From the NCBI GenBank assembly GCA_032718475.1, contig JAUCBJ010004944.1, forward strand, positions 1 to 36,838: a DNA stretch of 36,838 nucleotides, given 5' to 3'. Shown piece by piece: positions 25,276 through 36,338 of this stretch. Position 1 is the stretch's first letter. Every line of letters starts with the position of its first letter. The DNA is from Nemertoderma westbladi (Eukaryota; Animalia; Xenacoelomorpha). The position numbers and the translations under genes were made by a program. The notes beneath the pieces were generated by a model. That model was not told the DNA's origin, ran no database searches, and saw nothing but the letters and a program-made list of their open reading frames with translations.

Positions 25276-27676
25276 TACTACTAGGTCGAGCGAACTCGGA
25301 CAGTGGAAATGAGATCCTTCCAGGCTTCCCGATTCTCCATAGTTGTCGTAATTTCGTTTCTCCTAAGTTCAGTATCCCTTTCAAGTTGATCTATATATGT
25401 TATGGCCGGTTGTCCACGACTACGCTTTCCATGAGTTGGTTGCCAGAAAAGTAGATCTGGTATGACCTCGTCTTTACTTCGCCAGCAGTGCCCACTGAAT
25501 CTTAATCTGCGTTCACGGAGGGTGGTTGATACAGGTGGTATTGTACCATTAAGCTCGGCGTTTGTCATGTGTTGTCTCCAGCTGATGTTTAGGGCTGCCC
25601 TTAGTAGTCTTGTGTAGCAACCATCAATTCGTTGTTCAAGTTATTTAGTCAGTGTCCAGGTCTCACCCCCATATAAAAATACACTTTCCACTGTGGCTCG
25701 AAAGAACTTAGTCTTCAGGTGCCTGGAGAGATCTGATTTCCAGATGGTATCCATTTTTGATAGAGCTACCCAAGCCTTTGCTTTCCTAACTTATATGTCC
25801 TTTTTGCTACTCTCTATCCATGATCCAAGGTACTGGAAGTCATCGACCTTCCTTAATTGATTATTATCAATGGTTGTCAAGTTTCCATCAACATTAAAGG
25901 TCATGAATTCGGTCTTTGTAGCATTTATATGCAATCCAACCTCCTTAGCAGCCCTCTCCACTTTATTTAGTAGAAGCTGTGCATCTGCTAGGGTATTAGA
26001 GAGCAGGGCGATGTCATCCGCAAAGTCGGTGTCTGTGACTGTAGTTGCCGGATATCTACTACTTCTGCGTTCTTGAAGTGTGAATCCCAGGTCTTCACCC
26101 TTTGTGGCCGTCCTCATTGCGTAATCCAGCACAATTACAAATAGTAATGGTGCTAATGTGTCACCTTGCAGTACGCCAGCCAGGATTGAGAAAAACTCAG
26201 TTTCACCATCTGGTGAGAGTACCTGCGCTTCTGTGTCACAATATAACAATCCAATGCCAGCAACAATTACTTCTGGTATTCCATAAGCTCTTAGGATTTC
26301 AAGCATTTTACCTCTATGGATGGAGTCGAATGCCTTCTTGAAGTCCACAAAAGTCATGACAGCGGGGAAATTCTTTGACTTAATTCCTTCAATCAGTCTC
26401 CGTAGTGCAAGTATCTGAGCTATTGTTGATCTACTTGGTCGAAATCCGTTTTGGCTCTTACGCAGTAGTTTCTCTATGTGAGGCCTAATCCTATATAGAA
26501 TCATTTTATTGTATAATTTGACAGCTACCACAAGCAGACAGATCCCACGATAGTTTGTTGGTATGCCGAGGTCTCCTTTCTTGGGGAGAGGCTTTAGTTG
26601 ACCTTTAGTCCAAATTGGTGGTGGCTTTTCCCCTTTTAACATCCGGTTGCAAACATTCAATAATGGTCTGTTTAGCACTCCGGTTTTCCATACCTCCGCT
26701 GGGATTTCATCTAATCCACTCGCTTTATTATTGGACATGCTTTTAATGCTTCTTTGGAGTTCGGCCGGTGTGAAGTCCCCTGTTTCTATAGGTAGTCTCT
26801 TGTCATATATTTTCCTTGTAGGGCTGACCTCGATGTTTGGTGGCTGCCCAAGCAAGTTGCTGAAGTGATTTTTCCACTTCCCAACACGTTCTTCAGGACT
26901 ATCGGCTTTGAGGCGCCCCGTTGCACAACTTTTCCGACCAGATACCTCATTTACAGTTTGCCAGGTAAGTCTTGATTGTTGCTGTATGTGAGCAGTTGTA
27001 ATTGCTTCAGTTTTATCCTGTATGTACTTTTCCTGGCTGATGTTGTAGGCCAATTTAAGATCGTCCATAGCTTTCTCAACCTTGTTAATGTTTTCGGTTG
27101 TTGGTTGTTCGGTTTTAACTTTGTAGGCTATCTTAAGATCTTCTCTCTTACAAGTAACCTCAGAGGTGCCCCAGAGTAACCTCAGAGTAACCCCATGGCA
27201 CATATTGTTTTCGTTTGGGTTTCTGGGGGATATGCCTCTTAGCTGATTCCTTGTGGACTGTTATTATATTCTGGTATATTGAATTAGTGGATTGGTCTTC
27301 ATCCATTGACTGAAGTGCTTCAAAGCTGTTTTGAACTTCTACTGTATAAGCATCCTTTACAGCATTGTCAGTTCTGAGTTTCTCCCAGTCATATTTGATT
27401 TGCTTGCTTGTCCTGGGTTTGCTGGCTCTCAAACTGAGTCTGATCTCTGCAGTCACAATTCTGTGGTCCGAACCAATTAGGTTGAACGAGCTGTATGCCT
27501 CGCAGTTGATCATGCTGTTTCTCCACTTTTTGTTTATGAGGATGTAATACAGTTGTGCTTTGGTTCCATTAGGGTATTGAAAGGTCCATAGCTTCCCCTT
27601 GCTCTTTTCGAATGTGTTGTTTGTTGGTATCAATTCACATTCTTCCATTAGGTCTAAAAGTAAGTACCCATTTCTG
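25276..27676 (-). mobile_element. 5'-truncated RTE-group (RTE/Proto2-like) LINE, family B: APE C-terminus + reverse transcriptase, inactivated
   Basis: APE end (WTFQYPNG...GSDHRIV). RT motifs NYRGICLL, SQNGFRP, VDFKKAFDS, GVLQGDTLAPLLF, DFADD, FQYLGSWI. C-terminus LRERRLRFSGHCWRS. Disabled by a small duplication/frameshift near 27152-27192 and in-frame TAA codons near 25791 and 25641. Ends TAG TAG TAG. Confidence 0.96.
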
Positions 27677-27776
27677 TACACTTACACTTACACTTACTCT
27701 ACACTTACATTTACACTTACACTTACTCTACACTTACATTTACATTTACACTTACACTTACTCTACACTTACATTT
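27677..27776. repeat. Short (CACTTA)n block on the 5' side of LINE B
   Basis: Same unit and same CTCTA/CATTTA variants as the large array. Confidence 0.97.
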
Positions 27777-28035
27777 CTCATCCAAAAATCACAATTTTAT
27801 ATTCGCTACCCCAGGCAAAGATATTTGTTTGCAATTCCAAAAAAATGTTATATTTCACGGTTAGAATATATTACCATTGAATCAGTGACGAATACGAAGT
27901 GTCATAGCTAAGAGTCATTTGTTCTACATCTTACAAAGTGTAGTCCTACAGTATGTCAACTGTTATTTATATCACTGAAAAGTGACCCTCAGTATATCAA
28001 TCAAATTCCTTTGCACCTCAGTATGCACCTGTGGT

Positions 28036-28530
28036 TATGGTTGCTAAGTTCGGACCTCTATGGGACCCGTGGTGGCTATGGGACCCGTGGTCACTAAGTT
28101 CGGGCCTCTATGGGACCCGTGGTCGCTAAGTTCGAACCTGTATGGGACCCGCGGTTGCTAAGTTCCGACCTCTATGGGACCCGTGGTCGCTAAATTCCGA
28201 CCTATATGGGACCCGTGGTCGCTAAGTTTCGACCTCTATGGGACCCGTGGTCGCTAAGTTCCGACCTCTATGGGACCCGAGATCGCTAAGTTCGGACCCG
28301 TGGTCGCTATGGTCGGATCTCTATGCGACCAGTCGGACCTCTATGGGATCAGTGGTCGCTCAGTTCCGACCTCTATGGGACCCGTGGTCGCTAAATTCCG
28401 ACCTCTATGGGACCCGTGGTCGCTAAGTTCCGACCTCTATGGGACCCGTGGTCGCTAAGTTCCGACCTCTATGGGACCGTGGTCGCTAAGTTCGGATCTC
28501 TATGGGACCAGTCGGACTTCTATGGGACCT
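28036..28530. repeat. 32 bp GC-rich minisatellite, about 15 copies
   Basis: Unit tctatgggacccgtggtcgctaagttccgacc, head to tail with no spacers; some truncated units. Confidence 0.95.
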
Positions 28531-28962
28531 TTAATGGAACTTTAATGAAAAAAAGTAAATTTTTTATATTTGTAACAGATTTGCATATTCTGACTTGTTA
28601 TAGTAAACCGTGCATCAAAACGGCACGTCTCAAGCAATTAAAGGTCCTTGTATAAGGTAAACCCCGTTAGCTGCTATTCTCCCGCCTTAACAAATTCCCT
28701 GGGACCGTCGGCTCTTCCGAAACAATGTTTCAATAAAGCCCACGGGAAGTCGCGAAGACACCATAATATCATCCATCACCACCTGAACTGCCCTTGTCAC
28801 CCTATTTCCAAATAATTATAATCTACTTAAAGCAACAGCATCCCTCATGCCAGTGCACACAGGCCTAGAATTAGTAATTCTTATTTGATACCATTGGCGC
28901 AGTATTATGTTGTTCCAGGACGGAAGGGAACTAAATCATACTGTTGGATGATATTCATACCT

Positions 28963-29016
28963 CTGATTGGCTAGTGGGAACATCCTAGAAGCCACTTGCA
29001 CTGCTACCATGGCAGC
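28963..29016. promoter_or_regulatory. Candidate gene C promoter: reverse CCAAT box and X-box-like palindrome
   Basis: ctgattggct at 28963-28972 and GCTACCATGGCAGC at 29003-29016, about 120-170 bp upstream of the ATG. Confidence 0.4.
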
Positions 29017-29132
29017 GCAATCTGAGATCAATATTATCAAAGAATTTGTTGTGTAGAAAATCTACCTGCCTTAAATTCAAATCATGGCGTATATTTTTTA
29101 GCAAAATACATTAGAAGATCTCAACAATAAAT

Positions 29133-32100
29133 ATGGTACCTTATACCAATGGCAATTACTTTTACGATTATAGGCCTATTCTTGAGCTTATTGAAAGGCC
29201 ACCAACTGAACTGGAACAATCTCTAACCAAGGAAGATAAACTACTGTTGATTGAAAGAGAACTCCGTATTCTATGGGAGTTCAGTATTCGAGCTGGCTAT
29301 TCACCCGAAGAAATAGTTGGAGACATACCAAGTCCAAGTCCAAATCGAAGACCGGTGTCTTGGACAGCAATCTATCGACTTGCTCTGTGGCTGGTTGTGC
29401 TGCTGGGAATAATAATACTGGGAATGTTTGGTGTGAGACAATCCAAAGTGATGATGGACACTGTGTGCCAAGGAGGACGGATATTTGCGTTACAGGTTCA
29501 TAAATTATACGATTGGTCCCATATTTTTTACAGGTAAGTCGAGCGTAAAAATAAATAGTGTAAGTCAATACTCAATACATTATAACAATTATAACAATCA
29601 ATGCCCCATTGTAGCTTTGTAAAGTCGGCAATAACGTCCAGGTGGGATCGAACCGGTGACCTCCGGTTTGGAAGTCTGACGCTCTAACCATTCAGCTACC
29701 GGCTCAGGTAAAAGATAGACCTGGAAATACTACCTGATACCTTGTATGTCCGCAATTTACGTCATTATTGCCTCCCATCTATCAATACCATATTATGCTG
29801 CCACTGTGCTCAACTCTACAGTTACTTATCACCGTCTTTATCCAATCGCTAGAATCTTGTCGCGAGGAATATTTCCAGGTCTATCTTTTACTTGAGCCGT
29901 TAGCGGAATTCTTAGAGCATCAAACTTCCAACTGGATGTCACCTGTTCGATCCCGCCTGGGCGTCATTGCCGACTTTGAATATCTTTGCCCAACGAAAAT
30001 TAAAATAAAAATTGGTGGTGACCGAATAACAGCTAGTTTGTGAGTCGTGGCGTGGGTGGAGTACGTCGAAAATTAAAGGACTACTACTTATTTTCCGCTG
30101 GGTGAGTAAATTTTAATTTAATGTTCCCTTTCAAATTTTTGCCGAGTTTATTTTTACATAAAATGTCTGCAATATCATTAAGTAAAAGGTAAACAAACTT
30201 AAAATATGATAAGTAGGATTCAGGGCGACTAAGGGTGACTAAGTTAGGAGTAGGCCTACTGTATGGTGTATGCATCATTTTTAAACAGAGCATTGTGTTA
30301 TAATTGGCATGGGCAGCCTTGAATAGGCTTTCCAGGATTTGGAAGTCACCTAGAATTAATCTGAAACTTAAGGTCCGATTATTTAGATCAGCAGTAGTTC
30401 CAGTACTCCTCTATGGGAGTCCATGCTGGGCTCTAACTGCTGAGGACACCCAATCTCTGGATGGCACATTCACAAGAATGCTACGCCGGGTTCATTGTGT
30501 CAAGTACAATGCACACATCTCCAACCAGACACTTTATAACATTGGAGGTGTCTCATTGGTTCACCCAAGCTTGACACTAGAACAAAATCGCCTCCGCTTT
30601 GCAGGACATTGCTTTCGCCGTGAGGACCAGCCAGTGCATAATCTTGTACTTTGGCAGCCTCATGGAGTGAATAAGCATGGTGGACAGCACATGACTTTCT
30701 TGAGACGCATCTTAAAGGACACTGGCCTTGAAGATGCGGATGATCTAGCAAATGTCATGGGTGATAGGGAGTTGTGGCGGCGCAATTTTGTCGACAAACC
30801 GGCACAGCATTCTTAAAAATGCAGCTGCAATGCAGCATGCCGATCCTAGTAGTAGTAGTTGTGTTAAAATTAAACGTTTCTATGGAGTATCTATCTATGT
30901 CTAATGGAGTTAATCAATAATCAAGTCTTCTAAACACGGCAGATGTAGTGTGAATCAAATATTTTTCAAGAATAAGATGATATCAATATAAGTTAATTAA
31001 TATTTTTTTTTGTTAAAATTGGAGATCGTGGCACACATTCAGCGAAAGTGAAAAAAGTGATATCTTGCGCAAATTGGTAGCATATTAAAGAAAGTTTTGT
31101 TCACGCTTTGGTTACAAAATTCCGCCACTGTAACCTGCTATTTCCCTAAATGTTTTAAAAATAAATTTTTTATCCACAAAACACAGATTCAGATACGTAA
31201 TGAAAGGATGCAATTGTATGATGTTAAGTGCGAATTCCTCAATAAACCCACTGTTTATAAAATTAGACTAGGAGGAGTTCCCAAGCACCCCTCTTACTAA
31301 ACTCCCAAACTCGGGCGTATTTGAATATATAACCAAAGCCACAAACCAAAAATAGTAATTTTGAAAGTCCTATTTCTCATTTATTTCAGTGAGTGTATAA
31401 TTTATAACCCATATCACACCGGGGATGGGCTTACTGACCACGACTGTCTCGTCTGCGAGGAGTTCCAATATATAGAACATCAATCGAATGTGAGCACGGA
31501 AGACTTAGTGGACGATATCGTCTATAACGATATCCCTGTTGTTATCGATGACGCTATGTGGGAGTGGCCCGTGATGAATTACAGCCACATTGAGTTGTTC
31601 AATAAGTTCGCCAACCAGGAGGAGTTGACCTCCTGGGACGTCTGCAACTTCATGAACTACCCCGCGAGGACTGCGACTACCTTCCCTCGACTCATCAAGG
31701 CGGTAAACAATCCCAGAGTTTGGAAGCCGTACAACTCCTTGTGGGAGAACTGCGACATGCAGTCAGCCCGTTATCTCCGCAGGTCTCTCTACCGCAGACC
31801 GTATTTCCTACCTGCGGAAGCCGAGATGGCCCCCAACATGTGGATTGCTGCTTCTGTTGGCGACCACTCCAATCGAACCAGCGACCGATATTTCTCCCCT
31901 TTCCTAAATACAAATGTCATCATATTTGCCCAGGTATAATATAATACTACGTTTTTTGATTTCATACATTTCCTACGTACTGTATTCATTGTATTGCATA
32001 ATAATTATTATAATTTAGTAAATAAATAACACTCGTATGTGATTTGTTCTTTTATTGACAGAGCAAGCCTCTAATGACGAAGGCTCATTGACTACGTAGC

Positions 32101-32857
32101 TGGACTCACAATGCAACAGAGTCGGCCGACCTGCACTCCATCTGTTTAATGGGCCGCAGTAAAGAAATGAGAGGACGAGGAATAAGAACCTCGTGATTTG
32201 CTTCCTATTAGTGCGGTGTAAACGCTAAGGCAATAGCAGAAAACCGACAGCTACAACAGTTAATATGAACAAAAATTAACAGTAAACTGTGCTTTTGACT
32301 ATCGTTTATTGTTTTGGTTAGAACACCTTACCACTGTAAACTGCTCCTTTACCTTAACCTTTTTAACTGATGCGGGCTTTGACGGTAGGCTGCCTGTTGT
32401 CTGATTTCGGCTGTGTGACCGCATAACGTTTACATCCCTATACGTCATCTTATTTGTTAGTGTTGAAATCATGATTACAGAATGTACATTTTTGTTCTTA
32501 TTATGGAATACTAGATTCTGTATTGACTGAACCACAATAGACTTCGTTTACAACAAAAAATGTCGTAACGTTACCTTTTGCTAGAAGTTTTTCTTGTACG
32601 AATCCAAAAAATAAGTAAGCAAAATAGTTTACACTGATTTAAATTATTTTTGTTGTTTACAGGTACAAGGAACTTATGAAATAATGTTGGTGCCCCACTA
32701 CCCGTGCAATGAAACCTGTTCGATTATGCGGCTAATCCTTCGATCTGGGCAGCTACTGTTGTTTACAGATAGACTCTGGACAATGAAGTATAAACCAGTT
32801 ATAACTAATGAAAGTATGGCCATCGCATTCGGAGTTCATTGGGATATTGAAATTTGA
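29133..32857 (+). CDS. C6orf89: Gene C: C6orf89/BRAP (bombesin receptor-activated protein)-like membrane-anchored protein, about 379 aa. Exons 29133-29533, 31390-31933, 32663-32857
   Basis: GT-AG introns (phase 2, then phase 0); 401+544+195=1140 nt open frame. N-terminal TM segment, then CIIYNP, DCLVCE, PVVIDDA, WENC, YRRPYFLP..E, AQVQG, PCNETC: the motif series I recognise from the C6orf89 family. Orthology not verified. Confidence 0.82.
29621..29729 (-). mobile_element. tRNA-derived (SINE-like) unit, left arm of an inverted pair
   Basis: Minus strand GAGCCGGTAGCTGAATGGTTAGAGCGTCAGACTTCCAAACCGGAGGTCACCGGTTCGATCCCACC has Pol III A and B boxes, but anticodon and acceptor stems pair poorly. 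Confidence 0.75.
29870..29977 (+). mobile_element. tRNA-derived (SINE-like) unit, more degenerate right arm
   Basis: Reverse complement of 29621-29729 with scattered substitutions; GTTCGATCCC retained. Confidence 0.72.
30306..30858 (+). mobile_element. RTE-group LINE family A copy 4 (5'-truncated, young), inside intron 1 of gene C
   Basis: Open frame AWAALNRLSRIWKS...RNFVDKPAQHS*, short 3' UTR and (TAG)n tail. 13 bp TSD ttgtgtta(t/a)aatt at 30293-30305 and 30859-30871. Confidence 0.95.
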
Positions 32858-33062
32858 TGGTTATTCATAAAACAGAAATACAATTTTTGACTACGCTCTG
32901 ACTTCTGACAGATAATTGTTTGCAATACATAATACAGTAAGCAATACAAGTATCATCATTAGTGTAACATACTTACTAACAGTAGGCATATACTGATACA
33001 ATTTAAAAAATATATATGGATCATATTATTTTGGGAAAATTATGTTGTTAGAAAAAATATTG

Positions 33063-33521
33063 GTTAACGAATTCGCATTATTGTTTAACGGATTCGCATT
33101 ATTGTTTAACGGATTCGCATTATTGTTTAACGGATTCGCATCATTGTTTAACGGATTCGCATTATTGTTTAACGGATTCGCATTATTGTTTAACGGATTC
33201 GCATTATTGTTTAACGGATTCGCATTATTGTTTAACGGATTCGCATTATTGATTAACGGATTCGCATTATTGTTTAACGGATTCGCATTATTGTTTAACG
33301 GATTCGCATTATTGTTTAACGGATTCGCATTATTGTTTAACGGATTCGCATTATTGTTTAACGGATTCGCATTATTGTTTAACGGATTCGCATTATTGTT
33401 TAACGGATTCGCATTATTGTTTAACGGATTCGCATTATTGTTTAACGGATTCGCATTATTGTTTAAGGGATTCGCATTATTGTTTAAGGGATTCGCATTA
33501 TTGTTTAACGGATTCTCATTA
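33063..33521. repeat. 21 bp minisatellite, about 22 near-identical copies
   Basis: Unit ttgtttaacggattcgcatta. Produces the spurious LLFNGFA ORF. Confidence 0.97.
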
Positions 33522-33611
33522 TTCCACTTAAATTTGAAATTAGGATATTCTGTCTATGAGTTGTTGTGTTTTACATTCTTCCTGATTTGAACACTCCCGT
33601 TCGCTCTTGTT

Positions 33612-33713
33612 AAGTAAAGTAAAGTAAAGTAAATTTTCTTCGGCCGTTAGGCCAAGGATTACTCACAAAGGGTATTGACTTATTTCCAGTGCGGTCCCCC
33701 CAGAACTTTACTC
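33612..33713 (-). mobile_element. 3' end remnant of a CR1/L2-group (Crack-like) LINE with (TTTAC)n tail
   Basis: (aagta)n at 33612-33632 next to the motif shared with 8431-8460. Confidence 0.55.
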
Positions 33714-33764
33714 CCCAGAGAGAAATTAAGAACTAATTTAGCCACCATATAAGAATGCAAGGCA

Positions 33765-33975
33765 GAGATGCTCACTGGCTAGACGGGGAGGGGAGCGCAA
33801 AATCCCATCTCGGCAAATTAATATCTCATCTCAATGTTTAATTATGAATTATGGGAAAGGAGTAGGTTAAAGTCGTACGTTATTCTAACCAAAACAATAA
33901 ACTAAAGTCAATATAAGTTTTAAAGTTTTTGAAAAAGTTTTATTTTTATTTTTAGAGTTATCATCTGTTATTTTT
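33765..33975 (+). repeat. Second copy of the unclassified dispersed repeat at 12400-12585
   Basis: Collinear shared blocks as listed for 12400-12585. Confidence 0.62.
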
Positions 33976-34611
33976 TTAAAGAGGAGTTGCGCCCCCATGC
34001 GGAGCAATTTATTAATCATAAAATTCAATAAAATACGAAAAGTAAAAATATTTATTGTTTATAAATTACAGATATAATTAAATATAAAATTGGCATTAAC
34101 TACTCGATTTGTATGTTGAGAGGTCTGATGAATCGGGGCAGTTTAGTATCTGATAGCGATCGGAGGATACATAATATGTATTTTTGTAAAATTGTAAAAT
34201 TTAATAAAAGTTTTTCAAACGTTTAAAAAATGTTTACAAAAGATACAAATAGAACCTATTGAAGGCTCGTTGAAGGCTTGTTGTACAATACAAAGGCTTG
34301 CGTGGAAACCGTGTACGGTAGCTCTCGTTATTAACGTGTCTGTTTTGGTGTTTACAGTTGCGCCAAGTATTACTGTGTGGAATGCAGGAACGCGCCCATA
34401 ATACATAGAGTCGTAATGTAGCTCCCGTTGTGGGCGATGTTGGATATAACTTAGTAATCATCTGTTATTCGCGTCGATTAATATTCCTCATCTATCTTTA
34501 TTGAAGATGCTAAGAGTTACCGTGCAGTATCTGTATAAGAAACTACTTAACAATTATCATTAAACTACTCCGTGCATTTATCTATGGCGTAGGCCCCAAG
34601 ATTTGTATCAA

Positions 34612-35662
34612 TGGAAGCAGGACAATTCGGTCCCGGACAATTCGGTCCCGGACGATTCGGTCCCGGACAATTCGGTCCCATTAATTTTGTGTTTTTGGAC
34701 CGAATTGTCGGGATACGGACTAGGACAATTCGGTCCCAAAACATGCATATTAATGGGACCGAATTGTCCGGGTCCAAATTTAATTGGTACTATATAATGG
34801 TGAATGTTCTAGAACCTTAAATATTATTATATGGTAGCTAATGTTTTTTTTACTAGCTAGTATTTTTTTTTTTAATAAAAAAAGTTTACTTTTCTTTTGT
34901 TAACATTATAAGTTTTGGTAGCTATGGTGTTTTTATGGAGCTTGTGAATTATTTACTAGCTAGTAATAGTATGTATTTAAATTGCTTAAAACTGATTTTT
35001 TTTTATATATTGCGTATGTATTCTGTATGTGTTGTTGGTTGGTTAACAAGCCTAAATTATTATCCTAGATAATAGCTGGATCTCATTCAGGTACTGTTAT
35101 AATATCATCAATATTGTTGGTAATTAATATAATCAGCAACAGTTTAGGCCTAATTCTGAAATATCAATGTTTTCACAAGTGTTTTTATAATTTCAAGGAA
35201 ATGCTAGCTAGTAAAAAAAAACTACCTAGCTCTACACCTTAATAAATAATATATAATAATGTTCTCGAACACTTACCAATAACAAAAATAACAAAAAATA
35301 CAGTATTTTTTAAATTTCAAAAAATTCTAGCAAGTAAATAACACTAGCTACCATAAAAAAATATCTCTACTACTGTTCTAGAACATTCACCAATATCAAA
35401 AAAGCACTAAAACAATTCGGTCCCGGACAATTCGGTCCCGGACAATTCGGTCCTAGGACAATTCGGTCCCGGACAATTCGGTCCTCGGACAATTCGGTCC
35501 CGGACAATTAGGTCCCGGACAATTCGGTCCTAGGACAATTCGGTCCTTGGACAATTCGGTCCCGGACAATTCGGTCCCGGACAATTCGGTCCCATTTATT
35601 TAGTGTTTTGGGACCGAATTGTCCGGGACCGAATTGTCCGGGACCGAATTGTCCTACATCCA
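34612..35662. mobile_element. Non-autonomous foldback/Mutator-like TIR element with subterminal 15 bp repeats (ggacaattcggtccc)
   Basis: Termini tggaagcaggacaattcggtccc and gggaccgaattgtcctacatcca are inverted. Direct flanking duplication gtatcaa at 34605-34611 and 35663-35669. Internal inverted AT-rich core (ggtgaatgttctagaac vs gttctagaacattcacc). Confidence 0.85.
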
Positions 35663-35689
35663 GTATCAAATATTCAATAATTTAATACG

Positions 35690-35870
35690 AGTGATATTAT
35701 TGATCGTTTTAAATTATTTTTACCATGATAAATTTATTTCGCTTGATATTATTGATCGATTTAAATAATGTTTCAAAACTGCATTATTTTGCTTAATATT
35801 ATAGGTTGATTTAAAATATGTTGTCTGTTGAATTATTTAGCTTGATATTATTGCTTGATTTAAATAACAG
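35690..35870. repeat. Degenerate AT-rich tandem repeat, period about 50 bp, 4 copies
   Basis: cttgatattattgatcgatttaaata-like core near 35692, 35742, 35792 and 35841. Confidence 0.65.
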
Positions 35871-36338
35871 TTAAATTATTTCAAACGATAATTATAGGTA
35901 ATTTTAATGATTATTTAATGGTGATTTTTTATGTCCGTTTTTTTACTTTTTAAGTCCGTATTTTTTACGAATTGTGCATAATGACTTTTGTTGTCCATTT
36001 AATGACTTTTATGTATGATTTCGTCAAACTGTCAGTACTGTTGAGTCATTCAAAACATCAAAATTTGTTGATTTCTGGACTTTCAGACTGTTTAATTTAC
36101 AATACTTGTGGCAAAACATTCCGGATTTGATGATTTATAGAATATGAGATAGATTTCCATTGCGCCTGAGGTAAAAAATGTAAATTTATAATTTCCGGAT
36201 GTATAATAATGATCGATAATCGATTTACATATGATTGTACCAAAACACTCATTTAGAGCCACAAAAAATTCCCATTGATGGAAAGGAGCAGGTTAGAGAG
36301 GCCGGATTTTCTAACAAAAACCACTACCGTATTATTAG

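Noticed and set aside
28036-28530. CRISPR-like array (32 bp unit)
   Set aside because: Units are contiguous with no unique spacers, no cas genes are present and the context is eukaryotic.
29635-29706. Functional tRNA-Gly(TCC) gene
   Set aside because: A and B boxes are present but the acceptor and anticodon stems pair poorly, and a decayed inverted copy is adjacent. More consistent with a SINE-like derivative.
32060-32230. GC-richer intronic segment with a B-box-like hairpin
   Set aside because: No clear A box, tail, TSD or second copy in the window.
33042-33590. 182 aa ORF of LLFNGFA repeats (neuropeptide-precursor-like at a glance)
   Set aside because: Synonymous positions are nearly invariant, there are no dibasic cleavage sites, and it is simply a 21 bp DNA repeat.
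34125-34170. Possible hammerhead ribozyme (CTGATGA)
   Set aside because: No correctly placed GAAA after stem II and no supporting stems.
34565-34820. Collagen-like GPGQF / GPNCP ORFs
   Set aside because: Translations of the 15 bp subterminal repeats of the TIR element.
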